Positions 53,079 through 62,132 of a DNA stretch of 64,000 nucleotides are shown piece after piece (positions within the stretch are counted from its first letter, which is position 1; the number at the start of each line of letters is the position of its first letter). Made by a program: the position numbers and the translations under genes. The stretch spans positions 1 through 64,000 of the forward strand of contig CAVSBO010000008.1 of assembly GCA_963726195.1 (NCBI GenBank), written 5' to 3'. The notes beneath the pieces were generated by a model. That model was not told the origin of the DNA and searched no databases. It saw only the letters and a program-made list of their open reading frames with translations. Source of the stretch: Candidatus Thorarchaeota archaeon. GTDB taxonomy: Archaea > Asgardarchaeota > Thorarchaeia > Thorarchaeales > Thorarchaeaceae.

Positions 53079-53814
53079 CTAGTCATTGGGAAAGAGTATC
53101 TTGCGAATCCTCTTTGCATAGTCCAAGTATTCAGGAGACCCTACCGCATAGAGTTCCGCGAGCCATCTGTACATGTCTAGGATTTCAGGGTCGGCAACGT
53201 CCTCGCTTATTTTCTCCCCTATCTTTGCCGTCCAGGAGTTGGACAGCGTCTCGGCTTTCATGCAGAGCTCGAATGAGCTCGTCTTTCCTTCCTTCAGGTA
53301 TGTCGAGATGGAAAACTTTCGCCATCCTCTCACATTTTTCCACGATTTCCTTTCGGGCTTCCTTCTCGTTCGCCCCGGTGGGCGCAGTTATCACAAAACC
53401 CTTGGCGGTTCTACGGTAGTAGTCCGTCGTACGTTTGCCTGTTGTTACCGTACCGTACTTGATAACAAGTCCAGCTTCAATAAGCGCAGGCAGGTGGTGG
53501 TAGACTTGGTTCTTGGTCAGACTCTCGTTCTTTTCGGGGTCTACTGAGGCCTTAACAATCTCAACGACTGACATGGCGTAGCGTTTTACGTTCTTCTTTC
53601 TGATGATTCTTTCGTTGGTCTCCTTGTTGAATTCCTCGGTAGTGACTTCGTCATCAATCCCATTTCTAAGAACGGCGATTATCTGGCGTCTTGCAGGCTC
53701 GGAGAACGCGGCAGCTCGTTTCTCATCTGTTATGAACTCAAGTTCCTTCTGTGGCTTCTTAGCTTCCGGCGTTAGTTCGATGCCAGTCAGTGCGTCTCCT
53801 TGTTCCTCTGGCAA
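53079..53814 (-). CDS. Winged-helix (ArsR-like) transcriptional regulator; frameshift near 53250
   Basis: AAFSEPARRQII...NQVYHHLPALIEAGLV...YYRRTAK. Confidence 0.8.
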
Positions 53815-54014
53815 CTTATCGTCACCTTAACCGTCCCTGTCGTTTGGCTTGTGGAATCATGTATATGGTTCATGTATTAAAGTTTTGTCGTGGACACTAT
53901 TTAACTAACACACGCTTTGTGTCAGAATGGTTTATGGAGCACACCTTTATATGCTTTTGAGCACACACCAAAGTCGTCGAATAGTTTGCGACACAAACCA
54001 AAAGGCGAAGAATC

Positions 54015-54122
54015 ATGGCACACGAATCAAACTCTCAGAAACTGAGCGAAGTCACAAGCAAGAATGCTCGAAAGATGATGACGACCACTGCCCTGTACTA
54101 TGCCTACCTCTACAGGAGATAG
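54015..54122 (+). CDS. Possible small protein (35 aa, possibly longer if frameshifted to 54169)
   Basis: MAHESNSQKLSEVTSKNARKMMTTTALYYAYLYRR downstream of a TTTATA box at 53946. Confidence 0.35.
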   Translation: MAHESNSQKLSEVTSKNARKMMTTTALYYAYLYRR

Positions 54123-54249
54123 GACCTACGAGTCTAGCAGGATTGGTGGACCAGACATGGCTCGAGTAAAGAAATCCCCTGAGCAGGAATCGGGAAGTCC
54201 CTGCAGGGAGAATCGGAAAAGAAACCGTCGTCCAACGACGCTAAAGCAA

Positions 54250-54290
54250 GTGCTCATGTGGGAACCCACCTGAGCACTCAACTCCTTTTT
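54250..54290 (+). terminator. Hairpin followed by T-tract
   Basis: GTGCTCA-T-GTGGG-AA-CCCAC-C-TGAGCAC then CCTTTTT, between convergent units. Confidence 0.5.
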
Positions 54291-54356
54291 GATCACTCAG
54301 TGAAAGACGCAAACGTCACCACGTGAGTGCAGTGAATTGTCGTGTCTTGTGCCCGA

Positions 54357-55202
54357 TTACTTGCCAAACACCATCTGATAGAAAGTCCCACCCAACACGT
54401 AGGACACTTCAAGGTTACGTGCCATTGGCGGGACGTGCTCGAGCGGGGGTCTTGACCCGAACAACGAATTAGTCTTGAGAATCTCCTTACCCCTATCTGT
54501 TCTCCTTACGTCTGGGGAGAGCCCCTCATCGGTGACGATCACAATGCCCCATGGCTTCACGACTCGCCACATTTCCTCAAGTGCGCGACTCTTGTCGGAG
54601 AAGGTGTTGATCCCACCGCTATGGATTACCAAGTTGAAGTAGTCGTCCTGATAGGGCAAGTTGAGGACATTGCCTTGGATGAGCCCTACGGTGACACCAA
54701 GATCGTTGAGCTTTCTTCTTGCGGTTCTAAGCATTCCGCGTGACATGTCGAGACCGTGAAGGTCAAACCTGCCCATTTCGCTTCTGAATCTGTTGTATAG
54801 AGCGACCAGATTTGCGCCAGTTCCCACGCTTACGTCAGCTATCTTGGATGGGCCTTCGATAGTCACGTAGTTGCCCAATCTCTCCCTGTCCTTCATCATA
54901 TCGATGCCAAGCCATTCATCGTATGACTTCAGAAGCTGATCGTAATTCCCAGCCATTTCATCGTACTCCCTTATCCAAGCCTCATCTTTCACGTTGGCCT
55001 TCGGGTACACGAGTGCCGGGATGCCCTCATCCACGGTCCAGCTGTGTCCCTTTTCACATACGAGCTTTCCGTTCTCAATCTCATCTCCGTTCAAGTGCAC
55101 ATCTGAAAGGCGAAGAGACCTACGGCACGACGGGCATCTGAGTGCCTTCAAATGGAATTCCTTCAACTTCGCCCACGCCTCAGAGAGAGCTCGCGCCGAC
55201 AA
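54357..55202 (-). CDS. Class I SAM methyltransferase with N-terminal Trm112-like Zn ribbon
   Basis: LRCPSC...GKLVCEKGHSWTVDEGIP; ADVSVGTG; GLDMSRGML; VVKPWG. Confidence 0.88.
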   Translation of the reverse strand: MSARALSEAWAKLKEFHLKALRCPSCRRSLRLSDVHLNGDEIENGKLVCEKGHSWTVDEGIPALVYPKANVKDEAWIREYDEMAGNYDQLLKSYDEWLGIDMMKDRERLGNYVTIEGPSKIADVSVGTGANLVALYNRFRSEMGRFDLHGLDMSRGMLRTARRKLNDLGVTVGLIQGNVLNLPYQDDYFNLVIHSGGINTFSDKSRALEEMWRVVKPWGIVIVTDEGLSPDVRRTDRGKEILKTNSLFGSRPPLEHVPPMARNLEVSYVLGGTFYQMVFGK

Positions 55203-55495
55203 GCGCTAACGCCGGGGTCCGAGCCACGATATCAAGTTGCGCCCATCGCTTGTGCTAGGATAAGTTGTCCGACGATGATGACGCTAGGCGCGCTTGTGCT
55301 TGTTGATAGGAACCTGTTAGGGGTAAGCAACGGCTGCGCAGCAGTTGCGCAATCTTAGATATGCAGGACACATCCAAGATAGGAGAGCTGCTGCAGGGTG
55401 TCGGAATATCGTCGCATAGGCTCGGCCGTTGTTCAGGGACCGCGGTTGTCTTTCCCATGCTCACGGTATCTGCATAGGCGACCGTTCTCTCTCAA

Positions 55496-55852
55496 CTAGC
55501 CCTCCGGGACTGGCAGGCCCGCCTTAGCAAGCAGGACCATGATGTTTCGGGTGGCTTCCCAGAGGCCGCCTTTAACCACGCACTGTTCCTTGACATTGGT
55601 ACTGATTTCTTCTGCCAAGCCATCATAGTTAGCTCCAGTGAGACCTTTCTCCCACCTCACTGTAATGAGTTCTTCCACCTCTACCCTTTTCCTATCATCG
55701 ACCGGAGCCAACGTCACATCTACGCGATATTCTATGATTGTCATTCGCCTAGCAACGATTAACTTAGCTGACACGTACGCCATTTGACTTTGTTCCGCTT
55801 CGGAACTCTTCTCTTGCTTTTCGTCTGAGTAAGAGCCTGATTCCTCATCCAA
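55496..55852 (-). CDS. Hypothetical protein
   Basis: 118-aa ORF with protein-like composition; no motif recognised. Confidence 0.5.
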   Translation of the reverse strand: MDEESGSYSDEKQEKSSEAEQSQMAYVSAKLIVARRMTIIEYRVDVTLAPVDDRKRVEVEELITVRWEKGLTGANYDGLAEEISTNVKEQCVVKGGLWEATRNIMVLLAKAGLPVPEG

Positions 55853-56199
55853 ATCCTAGCTTTCCTCCTCTAGCTCTGAGAGCAGCTCCACGAGTTGGCA
55901 GTCTGCTATGTCGTCTGGAACTCCAAGCCCAAGCACCTTCCTGACGTTGACTTGCACAAGATGCACCAGACCTGACATTGATGAGCTGCTCGCAGTCTGT
56001 CAGGAGAGCCAGATTTCGGACTATCATCATTCTCTCCTCTGTGCCCTTTGAGTCAGACCCCTCGTCGAGACCATGAATGGTAACCCTGAGCCCTCTGAAG
56101 TCTGCTTAAATGAGGCTAGACGACCCACTACCACTGCGTGTGCGTGCGGGGTGCATTTGTCATGGTGTATCCGCATGAAGCAACAGGAGGAAATCGTAA

Positions 56200-58029
56200 T
56201 TGATCCGTCGACGGTATTTAGTCGTTTTCATGATAACGGTGGTTTTGATCGTTCCAGTTCTGTGCACTGGCGTTCATGGTTCCACGCCCGGCTTCGTGGT
56301 CTGGATTCTGAACGCTGATGGTAACGATGTTGACTCTGGTGTGGCATTGCGGACTCCTCAACAAGAGATCCCTCAAGATGGAGTACAGAGTAGAGAAACC
56401 TCGCTGACCGGACTTGCATCAGTACCTCTCCATGCAGATGTGCTGGTGCTCATAGGTCACGGGCAGCCCGATGGGCTCGAGGTTTTAGGCGGGCTCAAAC
56501 CGTGGCCTGAGCTCCATAGAGCCATAGCGGAGCGACAGCCACAGAAGACCATTGTTCTTGCATGTTACTCCCCATCTGACCCGTCCTCAGGAGTGTTCGG
56601 CTTTGATGGTAGAGTCGATGCAGAGGCCGGCGCCTTGATAGTCGGTTGGTATCTCACACAGCTCACTGCATCGGGCAGGGAGGCTGTCTTTCCCTTCGAC
56701 AGAGTGGCACTGGCTCAAGAAAGCATGCTTCACCCCTTGGGACGATACCTGTACTTCATCCATGGATACTGGGGTTCCAATGGGCAGTTCGACCATATGC
56801 GTGATAGTATGATTCGTCAAGGCGTCTTTGATTACGAGTACGACATCCACAACGTGAGGTACTTCGACTACTTCAGCTCCTACGGGGCGACCACAGAGAC
56901 TACGATGAACGTGGTGCACTGGGCACGTTGCATCTCGGATTTTGCCAATAACCTCTTCACCGAGCTACTACGGCTTCCTGCAGGAAGTCAGGTGAATATC
57001 ATTGCACACAGTATGGGAGGGCTCATCGTTCGGGAAATGCTCAGGCTTCATCGAACACAACTTGACATTGCAGGGATCCACATTGGGAAGGTCATCACTC
57101 TTGGAACACCTAATGACGGAACATATCTCGCGAATCCCCTGAACAACTGGGCCTATATACTCACCTTCATCGCTGGACTGGTGTTCAGTGGAAATCTCTG
57201 GCCAAGTCCTGTCCTCTGGTCGATGACTCCGGGTTGGCCGCTCGTGTCTACTCTCAACAGCGACCCAATGAGCTATTCATCCGGGATACAATGGTGCACG
57301 GTGAGCGGTTGCGACACCTTTCTCAGTTATCCCCTCTGGTTCATCCACGGGGATTGGAGTGACCCGATAGTGACCGTAGGAAGAGCACATCTGGACTTTG
57401 CACAAAAGGCATACTTCAATGTAAATCACAACCTTCTGATCGACGACCCGAGTGGGACGACATACAACTACGTTGCCAACTGGATCACAGCCGGTCCCGA
57501 TTCTGACTCAGACAACCTAACCGATGATGCCGAGATATACTATTATCACACGAACCCACGAAACAATGACACAGACCAGGACGGCCTGAGTGACTTTGCC
57601 GAGATTGTGACCTACCATACAGACCCGCTAAACCCCAACACCGACGGAGATGGTCTCACTGATTGGTACGAGGTCCGACATGGGTATGACCCCTTGAACA
57701 TCAATAACCCAGTTCCAGCGACTCTGCTGATTTCATCAGTCACATTGGTCGGGTCCAAGGTCTCAGTGTGCGTGAACAACTACTCGCCAATGGGTCGTGT
57801 GGATTTCTACATGAGGTACAAGACGACATATGGCTCGTGGAGCACCTACAGCTACAAGGGAACGGACTACACACCTGACTCAGGTGGCAAGTACTCGGCA
57901 TTGTGGACATACCCATCAGGTTACAATCAGCTGGAGGTCGAGGTGATGGCCTACGACTCATCCGGTCAGTGGCTAGGAACAGACTATCAGCAGTGTGCGA
58001 TAGGAGGCGGTGGCCCTCCGCCAGAATGA
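56200..58029 (+). CDS. Secreted multidomain protein: clan-CD (CHAT/caspase-like) domain + PGAP1-like alpha/beta hydrolase + TSP3-like Ca-binding repeats + beta-rich C-domain
   Basis: Signal peptide; VLIGHG...IVLACYS; FIHGYWG, IIAHSMGGL, TLGTPNDG, SDPIV, NH; DSDSDNLTD, DTDQDGLSD, NTDGDGLTD. Confidence 0.85.
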   Translation: MIRRRYLVVFMITVVLIVPVLCTGVHGSTPGFVVWILNADGNDVDSGVALRTPQQEIPQDGVQSRETSLTGLASVPLHADVLVLIGHGQPDGLEVLGGLKPWPELHRAIAERQPQKTIVLACYSPSDPSSGVFGFDGRVDAEAGALIVGWYLTQLTASGREAVFPFDRVALAQESMLHPLGRYLYFIHGYWGSNGQFDHMRDSMIRQGVFDYEYDIHNVRYFDYFSSYGATTETTMNVVHWARCISDFANNLFTELLRLPAGSQVNIIAHSMGGLIVREMLRLHRTQLDIAGIHIGKVITLGTPNDGTYLANPLNNWAYILTFIAGLVFSGNLWPSPVLWSMTPGWPLVSTLNSDPMSYSSGIQWCTVSGCDTFLSYPLWFIHGDWSDPIVTVGRAHLDFAQKAYFNVNHNLLIDDPSGTTYNYVANWITAGPDSDSDNLTDDAEIYYYHTNPRNNDTDQDGLSDFAEIVTYHTDPLNPNTDGDGLTDWYEVRHGYDPLNINNPVPATLLISSVTLVGSKVSVCVNNYSPMGRVDFYMRYKTTYGSWSTYSYKGTDYTPDSGGKYSALWTYPSGYNQLEVEVMAYDSSGQWLGTDYQQCAIGGGGPPPE

Positions 58030-58093
58030 TTGATATCTGACGCGTGCTGAGACAAAGGGCGAACCAAGAGGATACCGAAAGGAGTCAATTGGA

Positions 58094-59314
58094 ATGAGTA
58101 TGAATTGCTTCAGGTCAAGGCCTGGAGTTCTCAGAGTGTACCCATTCCTAATATTGCTATGCGTTGGAATAACCGCGGCCCAACCAGAGTTGGTATCCGC
58201 GTTCACCCTTACGCCACTGCAGGCATCCGGGACCACCTGGGAGCTGCTCCATTCGGACTATCCTGAAGCCGTCTACACGGATGTCGTATTCCTCAACTCC
58301 ACCCACGGCTGGGTCTTGGGACAGGAGAATGAGAGTCCATCATCCAACCTTCTCATCCTGCATACCAGTGACGGCGGTGAGTCATGGCAGCTCCAGTTCT
58401 CTCATCCTCTAGGGTGGGCCAGTATCATGGACGTGGTCGATGAGCAGACGGTGTGGCTCAACGGGTTTGATCACCTATACTATACTGTCGACGGGGGTAA
58501 GAAATGGAACGAAATTGACGTAGTATCTGCGGGCAGAGCATTCTCCACCGTCAAGTTCATCAATCGCACTGATGGCTGGACTGCGAGCCACGGAGTCCTC
58601 TACAGGACTACTGACGGTGGACAGTCGTGGCATTCGGTTCCGGGGTGGACCTTCGACGACAGTCCTGGCATGATAATTGTCCTATCGCCCCTAAACATAT
58701 GGGCATGTAGCTTCGATGGTGTCTACCACAGCACTGATGGGGGTGAGACATGGGTGAAAACATCCAGTCCTGGTGGGTGGGCCATGTCGTTCGTGAGCGT
58801 GACGGAGGCTTGGCTCGTGGACGACGACTTGCTGGCCCACATGACCGACGGAGAGAACTGGACTGAGCTGGCAATACCCGGAGCCTTTCCGTGGCTGTCG
58901 CTCCGTCTGATGGCCCCCTACCTGTCCGATGTTCAGTTCATTGACAAGGACCACGGGTGGATCGTGGGTACTGAGATTCCGGTGATGTATACTCCTGACG
59001 GTGGGGCGAACTGGTACAGGCAGAGCGTGCCTTCCACAGTGACTGACACGATGTCGCGAATCAAGGCGATATGCTGCATCGACCAGACTCACGGCTGGGC
59101 GGTCGGATGGAACGGTGTCATAATGAGAACTACTAGTGCGAACAGCTTGGGAGCGCGACTCTGGGGCGGGTCTGCAGACCCGCTAATCTTTTCGGTCATG
59201 GGCACGGCCGTTGCGGTAGTCGTCGTGAGCGGAGTCTTCGTATTGTATCGCCGGAAGCACAAGGCGACTGTCTCAGGACCTGAGGCGAAGCCAATCTCAC
59301 CTGAACCGGTATAG
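58094..59314 (+). CDS. YCF48-like BNR/Asp-box beta-propeller surface protein with C-terminal TM
   Basis: Repeated (H/Y/R)TxDGGxxW and F(L/I)(N/D)xxHGW motifs; signal peptide; TM then RRKHK. Confidence 0.9.
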   Translation: MSMNCFRSRPGVLRVYPFLILLCVGITAAQPELVSAFTLTPLQASGTTWELLHSDYPEAVYTDVVFLNSTHGWVLGQENESPSSNLLILHTSDGGESWQLQFSHPLGWASIMDVVDEQTVWLNGFDHLYYTVDGGKKWNEIDVVSAGRAFSTVKFINRTDGWTASHGVLYRTTDGGQSWHSVPGWTFDDSPGMIIVLSPLNIWACSFDGVYHSTDGGETWVKTSSPGGWAMSFVSVTEAWLVDDDLLAHMTDGENWTELAIPGAFPWLSLRLMAPYLSDVQFIDKDHGWIVGTEIPVMYTPDGGANWYRQSVPSTVTDTMSRIKAICCIDQTHGWAVGWNGVIMRTTSANSLGARLWGGSADPLIFSVMGTAVAVVVVSGVFVLYRRKHKATVSGPEAKPISPEPV

Positions 59315-59317
59315 TCC

Positions 59318-59523
59318 CATTACCAACGAGGCAGAGCAGAAGGGTGGAGAGTACTTCTGCTGTCCAAACTGCGACTCACACATTCATGCGGACATCAATG
59401 CTGCACGGAACATAATCCATGTCCAGAGTCACAGTGCCGTTCAAGGGAGGGCAAAGGACATATGCCCAACTTTGTCCAACTTACAATGAACGATAACAGC
59501 ACTCTTTTATCAGTGCCATTCAC
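59318..59523 (+). mobile_element. Remnant of a second tnpB element: 3' end of CDS plus probable right end
   Basis: Translates EYFCCPNCDSHIHADINAARNIIH...LQ* (stop 59487-59489); then hairpin GCACT-CTTTTATC-AGTGC and TTCAC. Confidence 0.85.
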
Positions 59524-59565
59524 AACGAGGCTTGGTCGAAGTCCAAGGATTTCTACGAGCAGACC

Positions 59566-60510
59566 ATGGCAAATTGCGCGGCGGTGAGAGCACTTTTGAT
59601 CAAGGCTGTCAATGTATCGAAACGCTTCGGCGAAGTCTTGGCAGTTGATAATGTGAGTCTTGAAATCCCGGACGGGACCATCTTAGGCATGATAGGACCC
59701 AATGGATCGGGCAAGACTACGCTCATTCGAATGATGGTAGGTATTCTCAAGCCAAATTCGGGTGCATGTTTCATAGGTGAAAAACGGGCTGACCTTCTGA
59801 CCCCGCAAGAGCGAGCCACAATTGGCTACATGACACAGCAGAAAGCGCTCTATCCTGACTTGACAGCTCGGGAGAATCTCCAGTTCTTTGCGGAGACCTA
59901 TGGTCTCCGTGACTCGAAGAAAAGAGCCGTTGCAATTGATGAAGCTGCGAAGCTGACCCACATCACCGAGTACCTAGATCGACCCGTCGAGGTCTTGAGC
60001 GGAGGAACTGTTCAGAGGCTAAGCCTTGCTTGCACGATTGTTCATGGACCTGATGTCATATTCCTTGATGAGCCAACTGTCGGCGTTAGCCCCGGCCTAA
60101 GAGCAGAGTTCTGGGAGTACTTCCAAAAGCTGGCCCGTCAAGGAAAGACCATTGTCATGACGACTCACTACCTTGAGGAGGCATCTCACTGTGATTCGGT
60201 GATGATGATATTCCAGGGCCGACTAATAGCCCATGCTACACCGAACGAGATAATCTCCTCACTCCCGCTTGAGCGTTCGGTTTCAGGTGAAGTCAGCACT
60301 GAGGATATCCCCCGCCTGAAACGTTCTATAGAGGGGATAGCAGGCAATGAGATAATTGGCAATCACTTCAAAGTTGTCGCGACTGGCGATGAGACATTGT
60401 TTCGAGCGATTCAGGCTCTATACGCTTCAGGCATACGTACTCATAACATGGTGGTGCGGCAGCCTGGCCTTGAAGAGGCATTTACGCACTTAGCTGGGAG
60501 GGAAGGGTGA
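59566..60510 (+). CDS. ABC-2 type transporter ATP-binding protein
   Basis: GPNGSGKTT, LSGG, FLDEPT, TTH. Confidence 0.95.
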   Translation: MANCAAVRALLIKAVNVSKRFGEVLAVDNVSLEIPDGTILGMIGPNGSGKTTLIRMMVGILKPNSGACFIGEKRADLLTPQERATIGYMTQQKALYPDLTARENLQFFAETYGLRDSKKRAVAIDEAAKLTHITEYLDRPVEVLSGGTVQRLSLACTIVHGPDVIFLDEPTVGVSPGLRAEFWEYFQKLARQGKTIVMTTHYLEEASHCDSVMMIFQGRLIAHATPNEIISSLPLERSVSGEVSTEDIPRLKRSIEGIAGNEIIGNHFKVVATGDETLFRAIQALYASGIRTHNMVVRQPGLEEAFTHLAGREG

Positions 60511-61994
60511 TGAGTCCGAACGTGAACACAGGCAGGATTTGGACGATTGTCCATAGGATTGGCCGCCAAATACGTAGGGACCGCCGGACTCTTGGACTCA
60601 TGCTGGTTGCTCCTCTCGTCGTCACTTTCATCTTCGGCATCATGTTCACTGGTACGGTTGCTAATGTTCCCACTGCAATATGCGTGAACGATCAAGCGTG
60701 GGGAACTGCATTAGGTGATGTAATTGCTGGCAATCTAGAGACTAACGCCAACGTGACGGTAGTTCAAAGGTCACTAGACAATGCTTTCGTCGGCTTCGGC
60801 ACTTCAATCCAGAGTGTTCTGATTCTTCCCACTGGTCTTACGGTGACATTACTGCGGGGCTTGAACACGAGCATTGGGTTGTACGTGAATGTGACCACAT
60901 GGCCACAGGCGAATTATATCCTTAGTACCATATCCAATGCTACTACCAATTCGCTCACGGAGTTCTCGGGAAGGAGCGGAATCTCATTCGACCGTAACGT
61001 GACTGTTCTCATGCCTGCCCCACCCGTCGGAAGCAGTCTATCTTTCAACCTCTCGTTAGTTAACCAAGATATCGGCTTCCCTGTGTCGATAGGTGAAGCC
61101 ATTGATGACGACCTGTCTGCAAACACCAACGTGTCACTGGTTTCCTGTGACAGTCGTGCTGCAGTCATTGAGTCCATTCGTTCGGAGTCAAGCATAGTCG
61201 GCCTCTATGTGCCTGAGAACTTCACAAATACTCTCCTCACAGGCGGGAAGCCAACGGTTGAAATCTTTGTCAACGGCATAGAGACCTCCCAAGCTAGCAC
61301 GGCAGTGGCTGCAATTCAGCAAGCCCTTGCAGACGCGGCCAAGTCCGTTCTCGGGAGAGGGACTGATGTCACCATCACGTATGTCTACGGTGCTGCAGGA
61401 ATGTCGATGATCCAACTTGCTGGTCCATCAGTGATAGGGTTCTTTGCTCTCTTCTTTGGTTTTATCATATCTGGAATCTTCTTCTTGCGTGAACGGCAGC
61501 AGGGCACTCTTGAGAGAATGCGAGCATCTCCTCTGAGCGAGTTAGACGTGGTCATCGGCTATGTCATCGCTTTCATTGGCGTATCTCTAGTCCAGACAAC
61601 GATCATCACTCTCGTTATTGTCTACTACTCGCCCAGCATTCTTTCAACCATAGGAATGCTGATTGTGCCAATCGTTCTACTAGCTGTGCAATCGGTCACA
61701 TTAGCAATAGCTGCAGCTTACAGGATGAAGACCGAGCTCCAAGTTATGCAGATGATACCCATCTACATCATTCCGCAGATATTCCTGTCCGGTATTTTCT
61801 TCTCAGCGTCTCTGTTGCCATCGTACCTGAGCTTCCTACCATACTTGTTTCCGCTGACCTATTACGTAATGGCAGTGAAGAGCGTAGTCTTCTACGGAGC
61901 GACGCTTATCGACATCGCTATTCCTATCCTCGCGCTGACTCTGTACGCTATTCTGGGCGTTGTTCTTGCAGTCGCACGCAGACCTGAGAGATAG
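60507..61994 (+). CDS. ABC-2 type transporter permease
   Basis: RQIRRDRRT, RERQQGTLERMRASP, LSGIFF, FPLTY. Confidence 0.93.
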   Translation: MMSPNVNTGRIWTIVHRIGRQIRRDRRTLGLMLVAPLVVTFIFGIMFTGTVANVPTAICVNDQAWGTALGDVIAGNLETNANVTVVQRSLDNAFVGFGTSIQSVLILPTGLTVTLLRGLNTSIGLYVNVTTWPQANYILSTISNATTNSLTEFSGRSGISFDRNVTVLMPAPPVGSSLSFNLSLVNQDIGFPVSIGEAIDDDLSANTNVSLVSCDSRAAVIESIRSESSIVGLYVPENFTNTLLTGGKPTVEIFVNGIETSQASTAVAAIQQALADAAKSVLGRGTDVTITYVYGAAGMSMIQLAGPSVIGFFALFFGFIISGIFFLRERQQGTLERMRASPLSELDVVIGYVIAFIGVSLVQTTIITLVIVYYSPSILSTIGMLIVPIVLLAVQSVTLAIAAAYRMKTELQVMQMIPIYIIPQIFLSGIFFSASLLPSYLSFLPYLFPLTYYVMAVKSVVFYGATLIDIAIPILALTLYAILGVVLAVARRPER

Positions 61995-62132
61995 ATTGGA
62001 CGCAGTTTCCAATCGCGTTTCCATAAGCTTCGGGTCCTTTCTATGTTCACTTCAGGGCAAGCCAAACAGTCGCCAAGAGCGTGCAACAGTCTATTATACA
62101 GGTTCGCAATTACGTGACTGCTCAAACTTTCG

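Noticed and set aside
54294-54330. SECIS element or riboswitch in the CACTCA...TGAGTG hairpin
   Set aside because: No linked UGA-containing selenoprotein, and the consensus is not convincing.
55275-55325. Second C/D box sRNA starting at ATGATGA
   Set aside because: No CTGA box D at the expected distance.
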